A stretch of 64,000 nucleotides of DNA from Elusimicrobia bacterium GWD2_63_28 (GCA_001799895.1 MGUI01000044.1:55483-119482), one strand, 5' to 3'; positions 35,368-46,700 are shown, counted from the stretch's first letter. Notes: generated from the letters alone by a model not told the origin. Made by a program: numbers and translations.

Positions 35368-36005
35368 CAGTCGGCAAGCTCCAGTGTCCATAAAGTGACC
35401 GTGCCCTCGACCAGATCAAGGACAATGGGAAGGTCTTCGGTGCTGAGTGTATCGACCAAAACATTGTAAGGCGAAAAGCCTCTTAACATAAATAATTCCC
35501 TGTCGCGTTTAACAAGGTAATTTGTCGTTTCACGCAGCAAGGACTTAAAATCGTACCAGTTGTCTCCATCTACCCTGAAAATCCACTCCGCCAGCACATT
35601 GGCCGCGTCACGCTGAACAAAACGCTGAAGAGGCATAGCTTTTACCTGAGCAACGGCCCGCTCACAATGCTGAACGGTTAATAATTCGCCCAGTCTGACA
35701 ATCGCGGCATTCTTTGCAACCCTGGCCATACAGACGTCATATACCGTGCGTTCGAGTTGTTTTTTTATTGCCGCATCAGATACTACAGGTCCGGGAAGAA
35801 TTTCGAGCTGTAATGGGGTCGTATACGGGGTAAGCCTGAAATTTTCTCCGGTAAATATATCCGTAGTGTACATTTGCCGTTTAAATTCCTGCGCCGATTC
35901 CGAATTGGCCGCGCTTACCGCCGCCTCTGCCTGTTGTCCCAGCATGGCGCCTGCCATTACAGCTACAATAAGAAATCGTAAAACTGAATCCTTCATAATT
36001 GCCAC
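35367..36005 (-). CDS. Secreted protein of unknown function (AT-richer than surroundings)
   Basis: The signal peptide is FLIVAVMAGAMLGQQAEA. No motif was recognised. By eye the gene is about 40-50% GC in a roughly 65% GC background. Confidence 0.5.
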   Translation of the reverse strand: MAIMKDSVLRFLIVAVMAGAMLGQQAEAAVSAANSESAQEFKRQMYTTDIFTGENFRLTPYTTPLQLEILPGPVVSDAAIKKQLERTVYDVCMARVAKNAAIVRLGELLTVQHCERAVAQVKAMPLQRFVQRDAANVLAEWIFRVDGDNWYDFKSLLRETTNYLVKRDRELFMLRGFSPYNVLVDTLSTEDLPIVLDLVEGTVTLWTLELAD

Positions 36006-36302
36006 CTCTTAAGTGATTTGCGGGCGACGGCGTCCGCAGCGGCCGGCGCCCCGGGAACCCGATGTGCGTCATGACCGGCATTTCCGGTTTTCCCGCTTTC
36101 GGCTCGGTTCGGTAGTGAACCGTGCCGACTTGCACCCGCTACGGATCAATTTACATGCCAGCCATGGTCAAAGCGCAAGGCATTTGCTTTTTCTCCGGAG
36201 AATGTTTGTATTTATAAAGTAGAGAAAGGACTGCCCGAATTTACAAAACCCCGCACGGTTTTTGATATTATAAATAAAGCGCTCGCCGCTACGCCGGTTT
36301 TA

Positions 36303-36373
36303 AAAAACGCACCGGGGGAAGGGGGAAAAGGCCGGGGGAACTGACGACAACTGAGCTTATGCTTCCTACAATT
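36303..36373 (+). repeat. Direct repeat copy B (71 bp), the functional leader and start of the EamA transporter gene
   Basis: See copy A. The offset is exactly 1006 bp, and this copy contains the ATG at 36359. Confidence 0.8.
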
Positions 36374-37303
36374 ACAATTACCCCGCTGGGCGCCATCTGG
36401 CTGACTGTCTGCATAAACTCCTTCATCCCGGTCATGGGGTACTTCGCCGCCGGGCGCATCTCGCCGCCGCTCTTCGCCCTGGCCGGCTCGGCGGTCGGGT
36501 TCGCCTGCTTCCTGCCCTGGGCCGTCAAGAACAAGATCTTCCCGGTGTATTTCCGGAGCGACCTGTGGCCGCGCCTGCTGGTCATAGGTTTCTTCGGCAG
36601 CGCGCTGCCCATAGCCGCGCTGGTGCTGGCGCTGAACTACACAACGCCGGCCAATGCCGCCATTTTGGGGCAGGTAGAGGCGGTCTATACCATCATCCTG
36701 TCCAGGCTGTTCCTGAAGGAAAAAATTTCAAAGAGCCAGCTGTTCGGCACCGCGCTGGTGCTGTCGGGCACCCTGCTGATAGCTTTCAAGGAGCGGTTCA
36801 CGGTGCGCTGGACCGGGGACCTGATAGTGCTGGCGGTGCCGCTGATGTACCAGGTGTCGCATTTGTTCAGCAAGAAGCTGCCGAAAGAGCTGTCCCACGT
36901 GTTCGTGGCCTCCGCGCGCACGCTGTTCGCGACGCTGGGCATACTGCCCGTCTTCGCGCTGGGCTTGTTCATGCCGGTGGCGGCCTTCGAGCCGAGCCTG
37001 AAGCTGCTCGGGATAATTTTGGTCTGGGGCGTGGCGCTGACCGCCCTCAACAACGTGCTCTGGTACAAGGCCATACTCAACATGGACCTGTCCAAGGCCA
37101 CCGCCATAGTGCTCTCCTACCCGGTGCTGACGGCCGTGATCTCTCACCTGCTCGGGATAGAAAAAATTCAGACCTACCAGGTCATAGGCCTGCTGCTGGC
37201 GCTGTCCGGCGCCTGGTGGGTGACCCTGCTGGTAAAGAAGGCGGAGTTAAGGGGCGGGGAAACAGGAACGATCCCCCAGCGGCGCATGGACGCTACTTTT
37301 TAG
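36359..37303 (+). CDS. EamA/DMT superfamily transporter
   Basis: Ten predicted TM helices arranged as two EamA-like halves. Confidence 0.75.
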   Translation: MLPTITITPLGAIWLTVCINSFIPVMGYFAAGRISPPLFALAGSAVGFACFLPWAVKNKIFPVYFRSDLWPRLLVIGFFGSALPIAALVLALNYTTPANAAILGQVEAVYTIILSRLFLKEKISKSQLFGTALVLSGTLLIAFKERFTVRWTGDLIVLAVPLMYQVSHLFSKKLPKELSHVFVASARTLFATLGILPVFALGLFMPVAAFEPSLKLLGIILVWGVALTALNNVLWYKAILNMDLSKATAIVLSYPVLTAVISHLLGIEKIQTYQVIGLLLALSGAWWVTLLVKKAELRGGETGTIPQRRMDATF

Positions 37304-38003
37304 GTTTCGGGACTTCGCAGATATACCAGTTCTCCAGCTTCTCGCGCGCCCAGGGATTTTTCCGCAGGAAGATGAGGCTGGACTTGATGCTGGGGTCGTA
37401 CTGGAAGCAGCGCAGGGGGAGGCGGTTCCACAGCCCTTCCCAGCCGTGCAGTTCGAGCAGGTAGGTAAGGACGGCTTCCAGCGTAAGGCCGTGCAGCGGG
37501 TCTTTGGATTTTTTTACGGGCACGGGCTTGGCGGAGGATTCGGCTATGGCCGCGGCGTAAGCGTTGCCGGAGCAGCACTGCCCCAGCGGGTTCTTCTCTT
37601 CGCAATTGCATTTAGGCACCCGGCCGGTTATTTCTTTTACTATGGAGGCCCAGCGCGTGGCCCCGGTCTTGTTGACGGCGGCCACCACCTGGGTTTTGGT
37701 GATCCCGGCGCAGTAGCAGGCGTAGACGGGCACCGCCGCGGTTTTGAAATGGACGGGCACAATCACCTCGTCCTGCCTGAACAGGGCGCCCTTCGGGTGG
37801 AAATAAACCGCGGCGCAATCGGGAGCGGCGCAGATCAGGTACCTGTCCGCGGGCGCCGCCAGGCCGGGCTTAAGCAGCTTGCGCACCGTACTTCCTCGCA
37901 CCACCTCGCCCGTCTTGCCGCAAAGGGGGCAGGCGATGCTGTCGCCGCCCTGCGGGGGCTTGCCGCAGCAGGAATCCCCGCATCCGCCTGGTCGTTCATT
38001 CAT
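37293..38003 (-). CDS. Cys-rich metal-binding domains fused to a DUF2132 (VF530)-like C-terminal domain
   Basis: The N-terminal Cys clusters are CGDSCC..CPLCG..CAAPDC. A BFD/2Fe-2S-like segment reads YACYCAGITK...KCNCEEKNPLGQCC. The C-terminus is LHGLTLEAVLTYLLELHGWEGL...LRKNPWAREKLENWY. Confidence 0.5.
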   Translation of the reverse strand: MNERPGGCGDSCCGKPPQGGDSIACPLCGKTGEVVRGSTVRKLLKPGLAAPADRYLICAAPDCAAVYFHPKGALFRQDEVIVPVHFKTAAVPVYACYCAGITKTQVVAAVNKTGATRWASIVKEITGRVPKCNCEEKNPLGQCCSGNAYAAAIAESSAKPVPVKKSKDPLHGLTLEAVLTYLLELHGWEGLWNRLPLRCFQYDPSIKSSLIFLRKNPWAREKLENWYICEVPKPKK

Positions 38004-38102
38004 AATTAAAAGGGTCCCGCCGTTCCAGGTCCATTGATATTCTACAAAACAAAACCGCCGGCCTTGCCCGGCGGCTTGCCGCGGCGGGGCCGTGTAAAAA
38101 GG

Positions 38103-38139
38103 AAACCTGCCGCTTTTCAGGGCGGCAGGCTTTCTTTTT
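38103..38139. terminator. Bidirectional terminator-like hairpin downstream of argF
   Basis: CCTGCCGC-(loop)-GCGGCAGG with T-rich flanks on both strands. Confidence 0.6.
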
Positions 38140-38160
38140 GCGGCTGTCGCCGTTAAGCCG

Positions 38161-39165
38161 TCAGCGGCCCAGCGTTGCCACCATCACGGCTTTGATGGTG
38201 TGCATGCGGTTCTCCGCCTGGTCGAAGGCGATGCAGGCGGGGGACTCGAACACTTCCTCGGTGACCTCGATGCCGTTGGTCAGGCCGAACTGCTCGGAGA
38301 CCTGTTTGCCCACCTTGGTGTCGGCGTTGTGGAAGGCCGGCAGGCAGTGCATGAACTTCACGTTCTTATTGCCGGACTTCTTCATGAGCGCCGGGGTGAC
38401 CTGGTAGGGCTTGAGCAGTTTGATGCGCTCGGCCCAGACTTCCTTGGCCTCGCCCATGCTCACCCACACGTCGGTGTGGATGAAGTCCGCGCCCTTCACG
38501 GCAGCCGCCGCGTTGGCGGTAATGGTGATGCGCGCGCCGGAAATCTTGGCTATCTCTTTGCACTGTTCGATGAGATCGGCGTCGGGCTGCAGGCCTTTCG
38601 GCGCGCCTATGCGCACGTCCATGCCCAGGATGGCGCCGATGACGAGCAGCGAGCGGCCCATGTTGAAGCGGGCGTCGCCGACGTAGGCGTAGGCTATCTT
38701 CTCGAGAGGCTTGGAGCAATGCTCGGTCATGGTCAGCACGTCGGCCAGCATCTGGGTGGGATGCCACTGGTTGGTCAGGCCGTTCCACACCGGCACGCCG
38801 GCGTACTTGGCCAGCTCTTCCACTATCTCCTGGCCGAAGCCGCGATACTCTATGCCGTCGTACATCCGGCCGAGCACGCGGGCGGTGTCCTTCACGGTCT
38901 CTTTGTGGCCCATCTGGCTGCCCGAGGGCTCCAGGTAGGTCACGTGCGCGCCCTGGTCGTGCGCGGCCACTTCGAAGGCGCAGCGGGTGCGGGTGGAGGT
39001 CTTCTCAAAAATGAGGGCGATGTTCTTGCCGGTCAGGCGCTGCTGCTCGGTGCCGGCGTACTTGGCGGCCTTGAGGTCCGCGGAAAGCTTGAGGAGGAAC
39101 ACCAGTTCCTGCTTGCTGAAGTCGAGTTCTTTGAGGAAGTGCTTGTTTCTAAGATTGAAGCCCAT
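38161..39165 (-). CDS. argF: Ornithine carbamoyltransferase
   Basis: Motifs [17 protein letters not shown] and FMHCLPAF. The length of 334 aa fits the family. I cannot distinguish an anabolic from a catabolic (arcB) role. Confidence 0.85.
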   Translation of the reverse strand: MGFNLRNKHFLKELDFSKQELVFLLKLSADLKAAKYAGTEQQRLTGKNIALIFEKTSTRTRCAFEVAAHDQGAHVTYLEPSGSQMGHKETVKDTARVLGRMYDGIEYRGFGQEIVEELAKYAGVPVWNGLTNQWHPTQMLADVLTMTEHCSKPLEKIAYAYVGDARFNMGRSLLVIGAILGMDVRIGAPKGLQPDADLIEQCKEIAKISGARITITANAAAAVKGADFIHTDVWVSMGEAKEVWAERIKLLKPYQVTPALMKKSGNKNVKFMHCLPAFHNADTKVGKQVSEQFGLTNGIEVTEEVFESPACIAFDQAENRMHTIKAVMVATLGR

Positions 39166-39276
39166 TGTGATTCTCCTTTATTTTAACGGAAAGTAGTCAG
39201 GCGCCTGTTTTGCCGTCTATCCCGGAGGAAAGAACGCCGCTGTAAATATTATACCCTTTTGGGCAAAAATCTTCTT

Positions 39277-40719
39277 TTACCCCTTGATAACGATAAGCGG
39301 GCGCATGCGCGCCACGCGGCCGGCTATGCCCGCCCCGGCGATGACGCCCACCACCGACTCCACGTCCTTGTAGGCTTCGGGCATCTCTTCGGCCAGCGTA
39401 TCCTTGCCGGAGGAGCGCACCCAGACGCCCCTGGCGGCCAACTCGTCGGCGATGCGGCGGCCGCGCGCGCGCCGCACGGCTTCCCCGCGGCTCATCAGGC
39501 GGCCGGCGCCGTGGCAGGCGGAGCCGAAAGTGTCAGTCATGGCCTTGGCCGTGCCGGCCAGGAGGTAGGAGCAGCGGCCCATGTCGCCGGGGATGATCAC
39601 CGGCTGGCCAGCGGCGGCGTAGGCCGCCGGCAGCTCCGGGTGGCCGGGCCCGAAAGCGCGCGTGGCGCCCTTGCGGTGCACTACCAGCTGCAGCTTTTTG
39701 CCGCCGACTTCGTGCTCCTCCAACTTGGCGATATTGTGCGCCACGTCGTAGACCAGGCGCAGCCCGAGGGCGTTCTCGCCGAGGCCGAAGGCCTTTTCAA
39801 AGATCTCCCGGGTAAGCCCCGTCAGGGCCTGGCGGTTGGCCCAGGCGTAGTTGGCGGCCGCCTGCATGGCGCCGAAATACTGCTGGCCCTCGGTGCTGCG
39901 GAAAGGGGCCGCGGCCAGCTGGGGGTCGGCCAGGGCGATGCCATAGCGCCGGGCGGCGTCCCGCATGACCTCTATAAAATCGGTGCAGACCTGGTGGCCG
40001 AAGCCGCGCGAGCCGGTATGCAGCATGACGGTGAGCTGGCCTTTGAAGAGGCCGTAGGCCGCCGCCGCTCTTTCGTCGTAAATGTCGGTGACTTCCTGCA
40101 CTTCCAGGAAATGGTTGCCGGAGCCCAGCGTGCCCAGCTGATCCCGGCCGCGCTCCATGGCCTTGTTGCTGACGGCGCGCGGGTCCGCCCCGGGCAGGGC
40201 GCCGCCGGATTCCGCCCGCTCCAGGTCCTCCTGGCGGCCCAAGCCGTTCTTCACCGCCCAGGCCGCGCCGTCGATAAGGGGGGAATCCTGTTCCCGCCGG
40301 TTGAGCCGTAGACCGCCGCCGGCGCCGACGCCCGCCGGGATGCCGGCGTAGAGCTTCTGCGCCAGGCTCTCCAGCCGGTCAGCCAGGCCTTTGACCTCCA
40401 GCGAAGAGGCCAGCAGGCGCACGCCGCAGTTTATGTCGTAGCCCACGCCGCCGGGGGAGATCACCCCGTCGCGCGCGTCGTAGGCGGCCACGCCGCCTAT
40501 CGGGAAGCCGTAGCCGGAATGGATGTCGGGCATGGCCAGGGCGCTGCCGGCGAGGCCGGGCAGGGTGGCGGTATTGGCGGCCTGCTCGAGGGCGCCGGGA
40601 TCTATGAGTTTTTCTAGTTCTCCGTCGGCGTAAATGATGGCCGAGCCGAGCATGCCCGGCTTATAGGAGGGGAGCAGCTCCAGCCTGTATTTGTCCAGCC
40701 GCCGTATGTTGGGAGTCAT
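39277..40719 (-). CDS. rtcB: RNA 3'-phosphate ligase RtcB
   Basis: Motifs PDIHSGYGFPIGGV, GGVGYDINCGVR, GSGNHFLEVQ, GSRGFGHQV and HGAGR. Confidence 0.9.
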   Translation of the reverse strand: MTPNIRRLDKYRLELLPSYKPGMLGSAIIYADGELEKLIDPGALEQAANTATLPGLAGSALAMPDIHSGYGFPIGGVAAYDARDGVISPGGVGYDINCGVRLLASSLEVKGLADRLESLAQKLYAGIPAGVGAGGGLRLNRREQDSPLIDGAAWAVKNGLGRQEDLERAESGGALPGADPRAVSNKAMERGRDQLGTLGSGNHFLEVQEVTDIYDERAAAAYGLFKGQLTVMLHTGSRGFGHQVCTDFIEVMRDAARRYGIALADPQLAAAPFRSTEGQQYFGAMQAAANYAWANRQALTGLTREIFEKAFGLGENALGLRLVYDVAHNIAKLEEHEVGGKKLQLVVHRKGATRAFGPGHPELPAAYAAAGQPVIIPGDMGRCSYLLAGTAKAMTDTFGSACHGAGRLMSRGEAVRRARGRRIADELAARGVWVRSSGKDTLAEEMPEAYKDVESVVGVIAGAGIAGRVARMRPLIVIKG

Positions 40720-40767
40720 GTATCGAGCGCCGCCGTCCGCCCGGGGAGAACGAAAGCGCGGGGAATT

Positions 40768-41463
40768 CTAATTTTTGCCGCCCCGGACTTTCTTGCGGAC
40801 AGGGAGCGGCAGCGTCACGGTTCCGGATTGTATCGCCTTGGCCAGCTCGTGGTAGCTGCTCTGCCTGGCCACGTCGGCGGCGGTCTGGCCGGCCTTGTTG
40901 ACCTTGTTGGGGTTGGCCCCCAGCTCCAGCAGGGCTTTGGCCGTGGCCTCCCGGCCGCGGTTGGCCGCCATCATCAGCGCGGTATTGCCATTGGTATCCT
41001 TGAATTCTATGTTGGCCCCGCCTTCAACCAGGGCCAGCACCACGTCGGTGCGGCCCTGCATGGCGGCCCACATCAGCGGGGGCCAGGCCAGGCGGTCCAG
41101 CGCCTCCGTCTTGGCGCCCACGGAGATCAGGTAGCGGACGGTGTCCAGGCGGCTCCAGCGGGAGGCGATGTGCAGCGCCGTCTCGCCTTTTTTGTTCCTG
41201 GCGTCCAGGCGCGCGCCGCGCTCCAGCAGCAGCTTCAGCGTGTCGGTATTGTCCTTGGCGGCGGCCCACATCAGCGGCGTCCAGCCGGCCGAGTCGGTGA
41301 TGTCGGGCGGCACGCCGGAATCGAGCAGGCGGCGCATGTTGCGCTCGTAGTCGTTCTTGGCGGCCTTGAACATCCGCTCCTCGGGCGTGCCGAGAGGGAT
41401 GTCGCAACCGGCCGACATAATGGCAAAAAAAAGCAGACAGGCTGCGGTCTTGGCCCGCGTCAT
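40768..41463 (-). CDS. Ankyrin-repeat lipoprotein
   Basis: The lipobox-like sequence is IMSAGC. About five ankyrin repeats follow (GWTPLMWAA..., GETALHIA..., WPPLMWAA..., GNTALMMAA..., GQTAADVA). Confidence 0.8.
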   Translation of the reverse strand: MTRAKTAACLLFFAIMSAGCDIPLGTPEERMFKAAKNDYERNMRRLLDSGVPPDITDSAGWTPLMWAAAKDNTDTLKLLLERGARLDARNKKGETALHIASRWSRLDTVRYLISVGAKTEALDRLAWPPLMWAAMQGRTDVVLALVEGGANIEFKDTNGNTALMMAANRGREATAKALLELGANPNKVNKAGQTAADVARQSSYHELAKAIQSGTVTLPLPVRKKVRGGKN

Positions 41464-41512
41464 GCAATCAATATATAAATAATGGGGCGGCCGGGCAATA
41501 GCGGCGGCCGCG

Positions 41513-43129
41513 CTACTTTCCGGAGAAGAAATCCCCGCCCTTGTCGTCTACCAGGATGAAGGCTGGAAAATCCTCCGCTTCGATGACCCAGACCGCCTCC
41601 ATGCCGAGCTCGGGGTAGTCCAGGGTCTCCACTTTCCGGATGTGCCGCTCCGCCAGCAGCGCGGCCGGGCCGCCGGGCGAGCCCAGGTAGAAGCCGCCGT
41701 GTTTTTTGCAGGCGTCAGTAACGGCCTTTGACCGGTTGCCCTTGGCTATCATCACCAGGGACGCTCCTCCAGCCTGCAGCAGGTCGACGTAGGAGTCCAT
41801 GCGGCCCGCCGTGGTGGGGCCGAAAGAGCCGGAAGGTTTGCCCGCCGGCGTCTTGGCCGGCCCGGCGTAATAGACGGGGTGCTTCTTCAGGTACTCGGGC
41901 AGCGGCTTGCCCGCGTCGAGCAGCTCTTTGAACTTGGCGTGGGCCAGGTCCCGGGCCACCACGATGCGGCCGCTCAGGGAGAGGCGCGTGCCTATGGGAT
42001 GCTTTGAAAGCTGCGCCAGGATCTCCGGCATCGGCCGGTTGAGGTCTATGCTCACGCAGCTCGAGCAGGAGGAGAACTTCGCGCGTATTTCCTTCGGGAT
42101 CAGGCCGCCGGGTTCGCGGTCCAGTTCCTCGAGCCACAGCCCGCCGCGGTCTATGCGGGCCAGGACATTGCGGTCCGCGGAACAGGAAACTCCAAGGCCG
42201 ATGGGGGCCGACGCGCCGTGGCGCGGCAGCCTCACCACCCGCACGTCGTGCGCGAAACACTTGCCGCCGAACTGCGCCCCGAAACCCAGCTCCCGCGAGG
42301 CCTCCAGCAGTTCCCTCTCCAACTCCTTATCCCGGAAAGCGCGCCCCGTTTCGCCGGGATTCTCCGGCAGCCCGTCGAGATAGCCGGCCGAGGCCAGCTT
42401 GACCGTCTTCAGGCACATCTCGGCGGAGGTGCCGCCGATCACGAAGGCTATATGGTAGGGGGGGCAGGCCGCCGTGCCCAGGGCTTTCATCTTCTCGACG
42501 AGAAAAGGCTTTAGTTTCTCCGGCGTCAGCGTGGCCTTGGTCTCCTGGAACAGCGCCGTCTTGTTGGCCGAGCCGCCGCCCTTGGTGACGAATAAAAAAT
42601 CGTAGGCCATGCCCGGCTTCGCGTAGATGTCTATCTGCGCCGGCAGGTTGTTCCCGGAGTTCTTCTCACGATACATATCCACCGCGAGCGTCTGCGAATA
42701 GCGCAGGTTCTCTCCGGTGTAGGCCTCCCAGATCCCCTTCGACAGCTGTTCCTCGTCGTCGCAGCGCGTCCAGACCTGCTCGCCCTTCTTGGCCACCACC
42801 GTCGCCGTGCCCGTGTCCTGGCAGAAGGGCAGCTCGAAATTGGCCGAGATAGCCGCGTTCTCCAACATACACCACGCCACGAACTTGTCGTTCTCCGAAG
42901 CCTCCGGGTCGCTGAAGATCGCCGCCACCTGCTCATTGTGAGCCCGCCGCAGCAGGAAAGAAACATCCCTTATCGCCTCGCGCGCCAGCCGCGTCAGCGC
43001 CTCCGGCTCCACCTCAAGAATCTCTCTCCCGCCGTCCCGCGACATCACCACTCCCTCTTTTGAAACAAGCCTGAACTTACACTTCGGCTTGTCCAACTGG
43101 AAGAGCTCGGTGTATTTAAAATCGGGCAT
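41513..43129 (-). CDS. Class I (Fe-S) fumarate hydratase, fused alpha/beta type
   Basis: The size (538 aa) and motifs fit: CQDTGTA, GGGSANK, and a C-terminal beta-domain with [13 protein letters not shown] and [14 protein letters not shown]. Confidence 0.8.
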   Translation of the reverse strand: MPDFKYTELFQLDKPKCKFRLVSKEGVVMSRDGGREILEVEPEALTRLAREAIRDVSFLLRRAHNEQVAAIFSDPEASENDKFVAWCMLENAAISANFELPFCQDTGTATVVAKKGEQVWTRCDDEEQLSKGIWEAYTGENLRYSQTLAVDMYREKNSGNNLPAQIDIYAKPGMAYDFLFVTKGGGSANKTALFQETKATLTPEKLKPFLVEKMKALGTAACPPYHIAFVIGGTSAEMCLKTVKLASAGYLDGLPENPGETGRAFRDKELERELLEASRELGFGAQFGGKCFAHDVRVVRLPRHGASAPIGLGVSCSADRNVLARIDRGGLWLEELDREPGGLIPKEIRAKFSSCSSCVSIDLNRPMPEILAQLSKHPIGTRLSLSGRIVVARDLAHAKFKELLDAGKPLPEYLKKHPVYYAGPAKTPAGKPSGSFGPTTAGRMDSYVDLLQAGGASLVMIAKGNRSKAVTDACKKHGGFYLGSPGGPAALLAERHIRKVETLDYPELGMEAVWVIEAEDFPAFILVDDKGGDFFSGK

Positions 43130-43168
43130 ACATTATTCCCTTAATATTCGAGAAGATGCTGAGTAGCA

Positions 43169-43305
43169 GGGGGCACCGCAGGGGGGAGGCTAAGCAAAAC
43201 CCCCTCGGAGGCCGAGGCTTGCGTAGCGCCGAGGCCGAGAGCGGGAGGCGCGCGCACGGTGTGCGCGACGCCGTTTTTGCGTGCCTCCCCCCTGCGGTGT
43301 CCCCC
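43169..43305 (-). other. Long-range inverted repeat / structured spacer between sdhB and the fumarase gene
   Basis: GGGGGCACCGCAGGGGGGAGGC (43169-43190) pairs with GCCTCCCCCCTGCGGTGTCCCCC (43283-43305), with one bulge. The arms enclose 92 nt that contain further hairpins. Confidence 0.6.
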
Positions 43306-43312
43306 GGAGTGC

Positions 43313-44080
43313 TTAGCGCTTAGAGAGCAGGTTGGCGAGCAGGAACTCGCGGTTCATCCGGGCGATGTTGGCCACCTTCACTTCCTTCGGGCACACCGCC
43401 TCGCACTCGTACTCGTTCGTGCAGTTGCCGAACCCTTCCTTGTCCATCGCCGCCACCATCTCCAGCGCCCGCTTGGCCCGCTCCGGCGCCCCCTGCGGCA
43501 GCAGCGCCAGCTGCGAGATCTTCGCCCCCGTGAACAGCATCGCCGCCCCGTTGGGACAGGCCGCCACGCAGGCCCCGCAGCCTATGCAGGCCGCCGCGTC
43601 CATCGCCTCCTCGGCCCTGTCCTTCTCCACCGGCACCGAGTTGGCGTCGGGCGCCGCGCCCGTGTTTATTGAAATAAAGCCGCCGGCCGTGATTATCCGG
43701 TCCAGCGCGCCGCGGTCCACCACCAGGTCTTTCAGGACCGGGAAAGCCTTCACGCGCCACGGCTCCACCGTGATCACGTCGCCGTCGCGGAAGCGCCGCA
43801 TGTGCAGCTGGCAGACCGTGGAATGCTCGTCCGGGCCGTGTACGTCCCCGTTGACCACCAGGCCGCAGCAGCCGCAGATACCCTCGCGGCAGTCGCTCTC
43901 GAAAGCTATCGGCTGCTCGCCTTTCTTCAGCAGCTCGTCGTTGAGGACGTCGAGCATCTCCAGGAAGGACATGTCCGGGGAGACGTCCTTGACCCTGTAG
44001 GAGGCCATCTTGCCGGGCTCGCGCGGGCCGGCCTGCCGCCAGACGCGTATCGTTACCGTGAAATGTTTGATCTTTTTCAT
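43313..44080 (-). CDS. sdhB: Succinate dehydrogenase/fumarate reductase iron-sulfur subunit
   Basis: Cys clusters CREGICGCCG, CIGCGACVAACP and CTNEYECEAVCP. Confidence 0.9.
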   Translation of the reverse strand: MKKIKHFTVTIRVWRQAGPREPGKMASYRVKDVSPDMSFLEMLDVLNDELLKKGEQPIAFESDCREGICGCCGLVVNGDVHGPDEHSTVCQLHMRRFRDGDVITVEPWRVKAFPVLKDLVVDRGALDRIITAGGFISINTGAAPDANSVPVEKDRAEEAMDAAACIGCGACVAACPNGAAMLFTGAKISQLALLPQGAPERAKRALEMVAAMDKEGFGNCTNEYECEAVCPKEVKVANIARMNREFLLANLLSKR

Positions 44081-44090
44081 AAGTCTACGC

Positions 44091-46004
<1,914 letters not shown>

Positions 46005-46016
46005 TGTTCGTCCCCC

Positions 46017-46700
46017 TTACCTTATCACCGTCACCTGGTAGCCCGCCTCGGCGGTCTTGAGGTCTATGTTGAGCAGGAAGTAGACCGAGATCAGCGCGAA
46101 GCCGACCATCGAGACCGCCACCAGGATGCCGCCGATCTTTATGAACGGCGTGTATTTGGGATGGTTTACCCCCAGCGTCTGGAAGGCGCTCTGCATGCCG
46201 TGGCTGAGGTGCAGCGCAAGCGCCGTAGAGCCTGCTATGTAGATGCCCACGAAGAGGGGGTTGCGGAACGCGGCCGTGACCATCTGGTAGAAGCCCATCG
46301 AGTGGTCCACGAACCTGAAGGTCAGCAGATGGTAGGCCAGGTAGGCGAGTATCGCGGCCGCGGTATAGAGCATGGTGGCCGAACCAATGGTGCGGCCGCC
46401 CTGCCACTTGCGGGCCTCGTAGCCGCGGGGGGCGTTGAGGAAATCCTCCAGGCGCACCCAGACGCCGGTTATTATGTGGGCGATGAAGATGAACAGCAGG
46501 CCGACCTCAAGGAAGGGGGTGACCGGGTTGGAGAGCAGCAGGTCCACCCAGCCGTTGTAGGCGGCCTCGCCCCCGAACAGCAGCAGGTTCTCGGCCAGGT
46601 GCACCACCATGAAGCCGCCCAGCAGCAGGCCCGAGACGGCCATGACGGCTTTTCTGCCTATGGAGGTGGTGATAAAACGCTTAAGGAATGTTATATCCAT
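46017..46700 (-). CDS. sdhC: Succinate dehydrogenase cytochrome b subunit (single-subunit, five-helix b558-type anchor)
   Basis: 227 aa with about five TM helices and conserved His residues. It lies immediately upstream of sdhA. Confidence 0.75.
   Translation of the reverse strand: MDITFLKRFITTSIGRKAVMAVSGLLLGGFMVVHLAENLLLFGGEAAYNGWVDLLLSNPVTPFLEVGLLFIFIAHIITGVWVRLEDFLNAPRGYEARKWQGGRTIGSATMLYTAAAILAYLAYHLLTFRFVDHSMGFYQMVTAAFRNPLFVGIYIAGSTALALHLSHGMQSAFQTLGVNHPKYTPFIKIGGILVAVSMVGFALISVYFLLNIDLKTAEAGYQVTVIR

Noticed and set aside
36303-36373. The 71-bp repeated leader as a riboswitch (for example guanidine-II/mini-ykkC, because of an ACGA motif upstream of a transporter)
   Set aside because: - Only one ACGR motif is present per copy.
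- The flanking bases do not form the required GC-rich stems (CTG-ACGA-CAA and TTG-ACGA-TAA).
- No second hairpin is present.

Duplication by insertion explains the repeat better.
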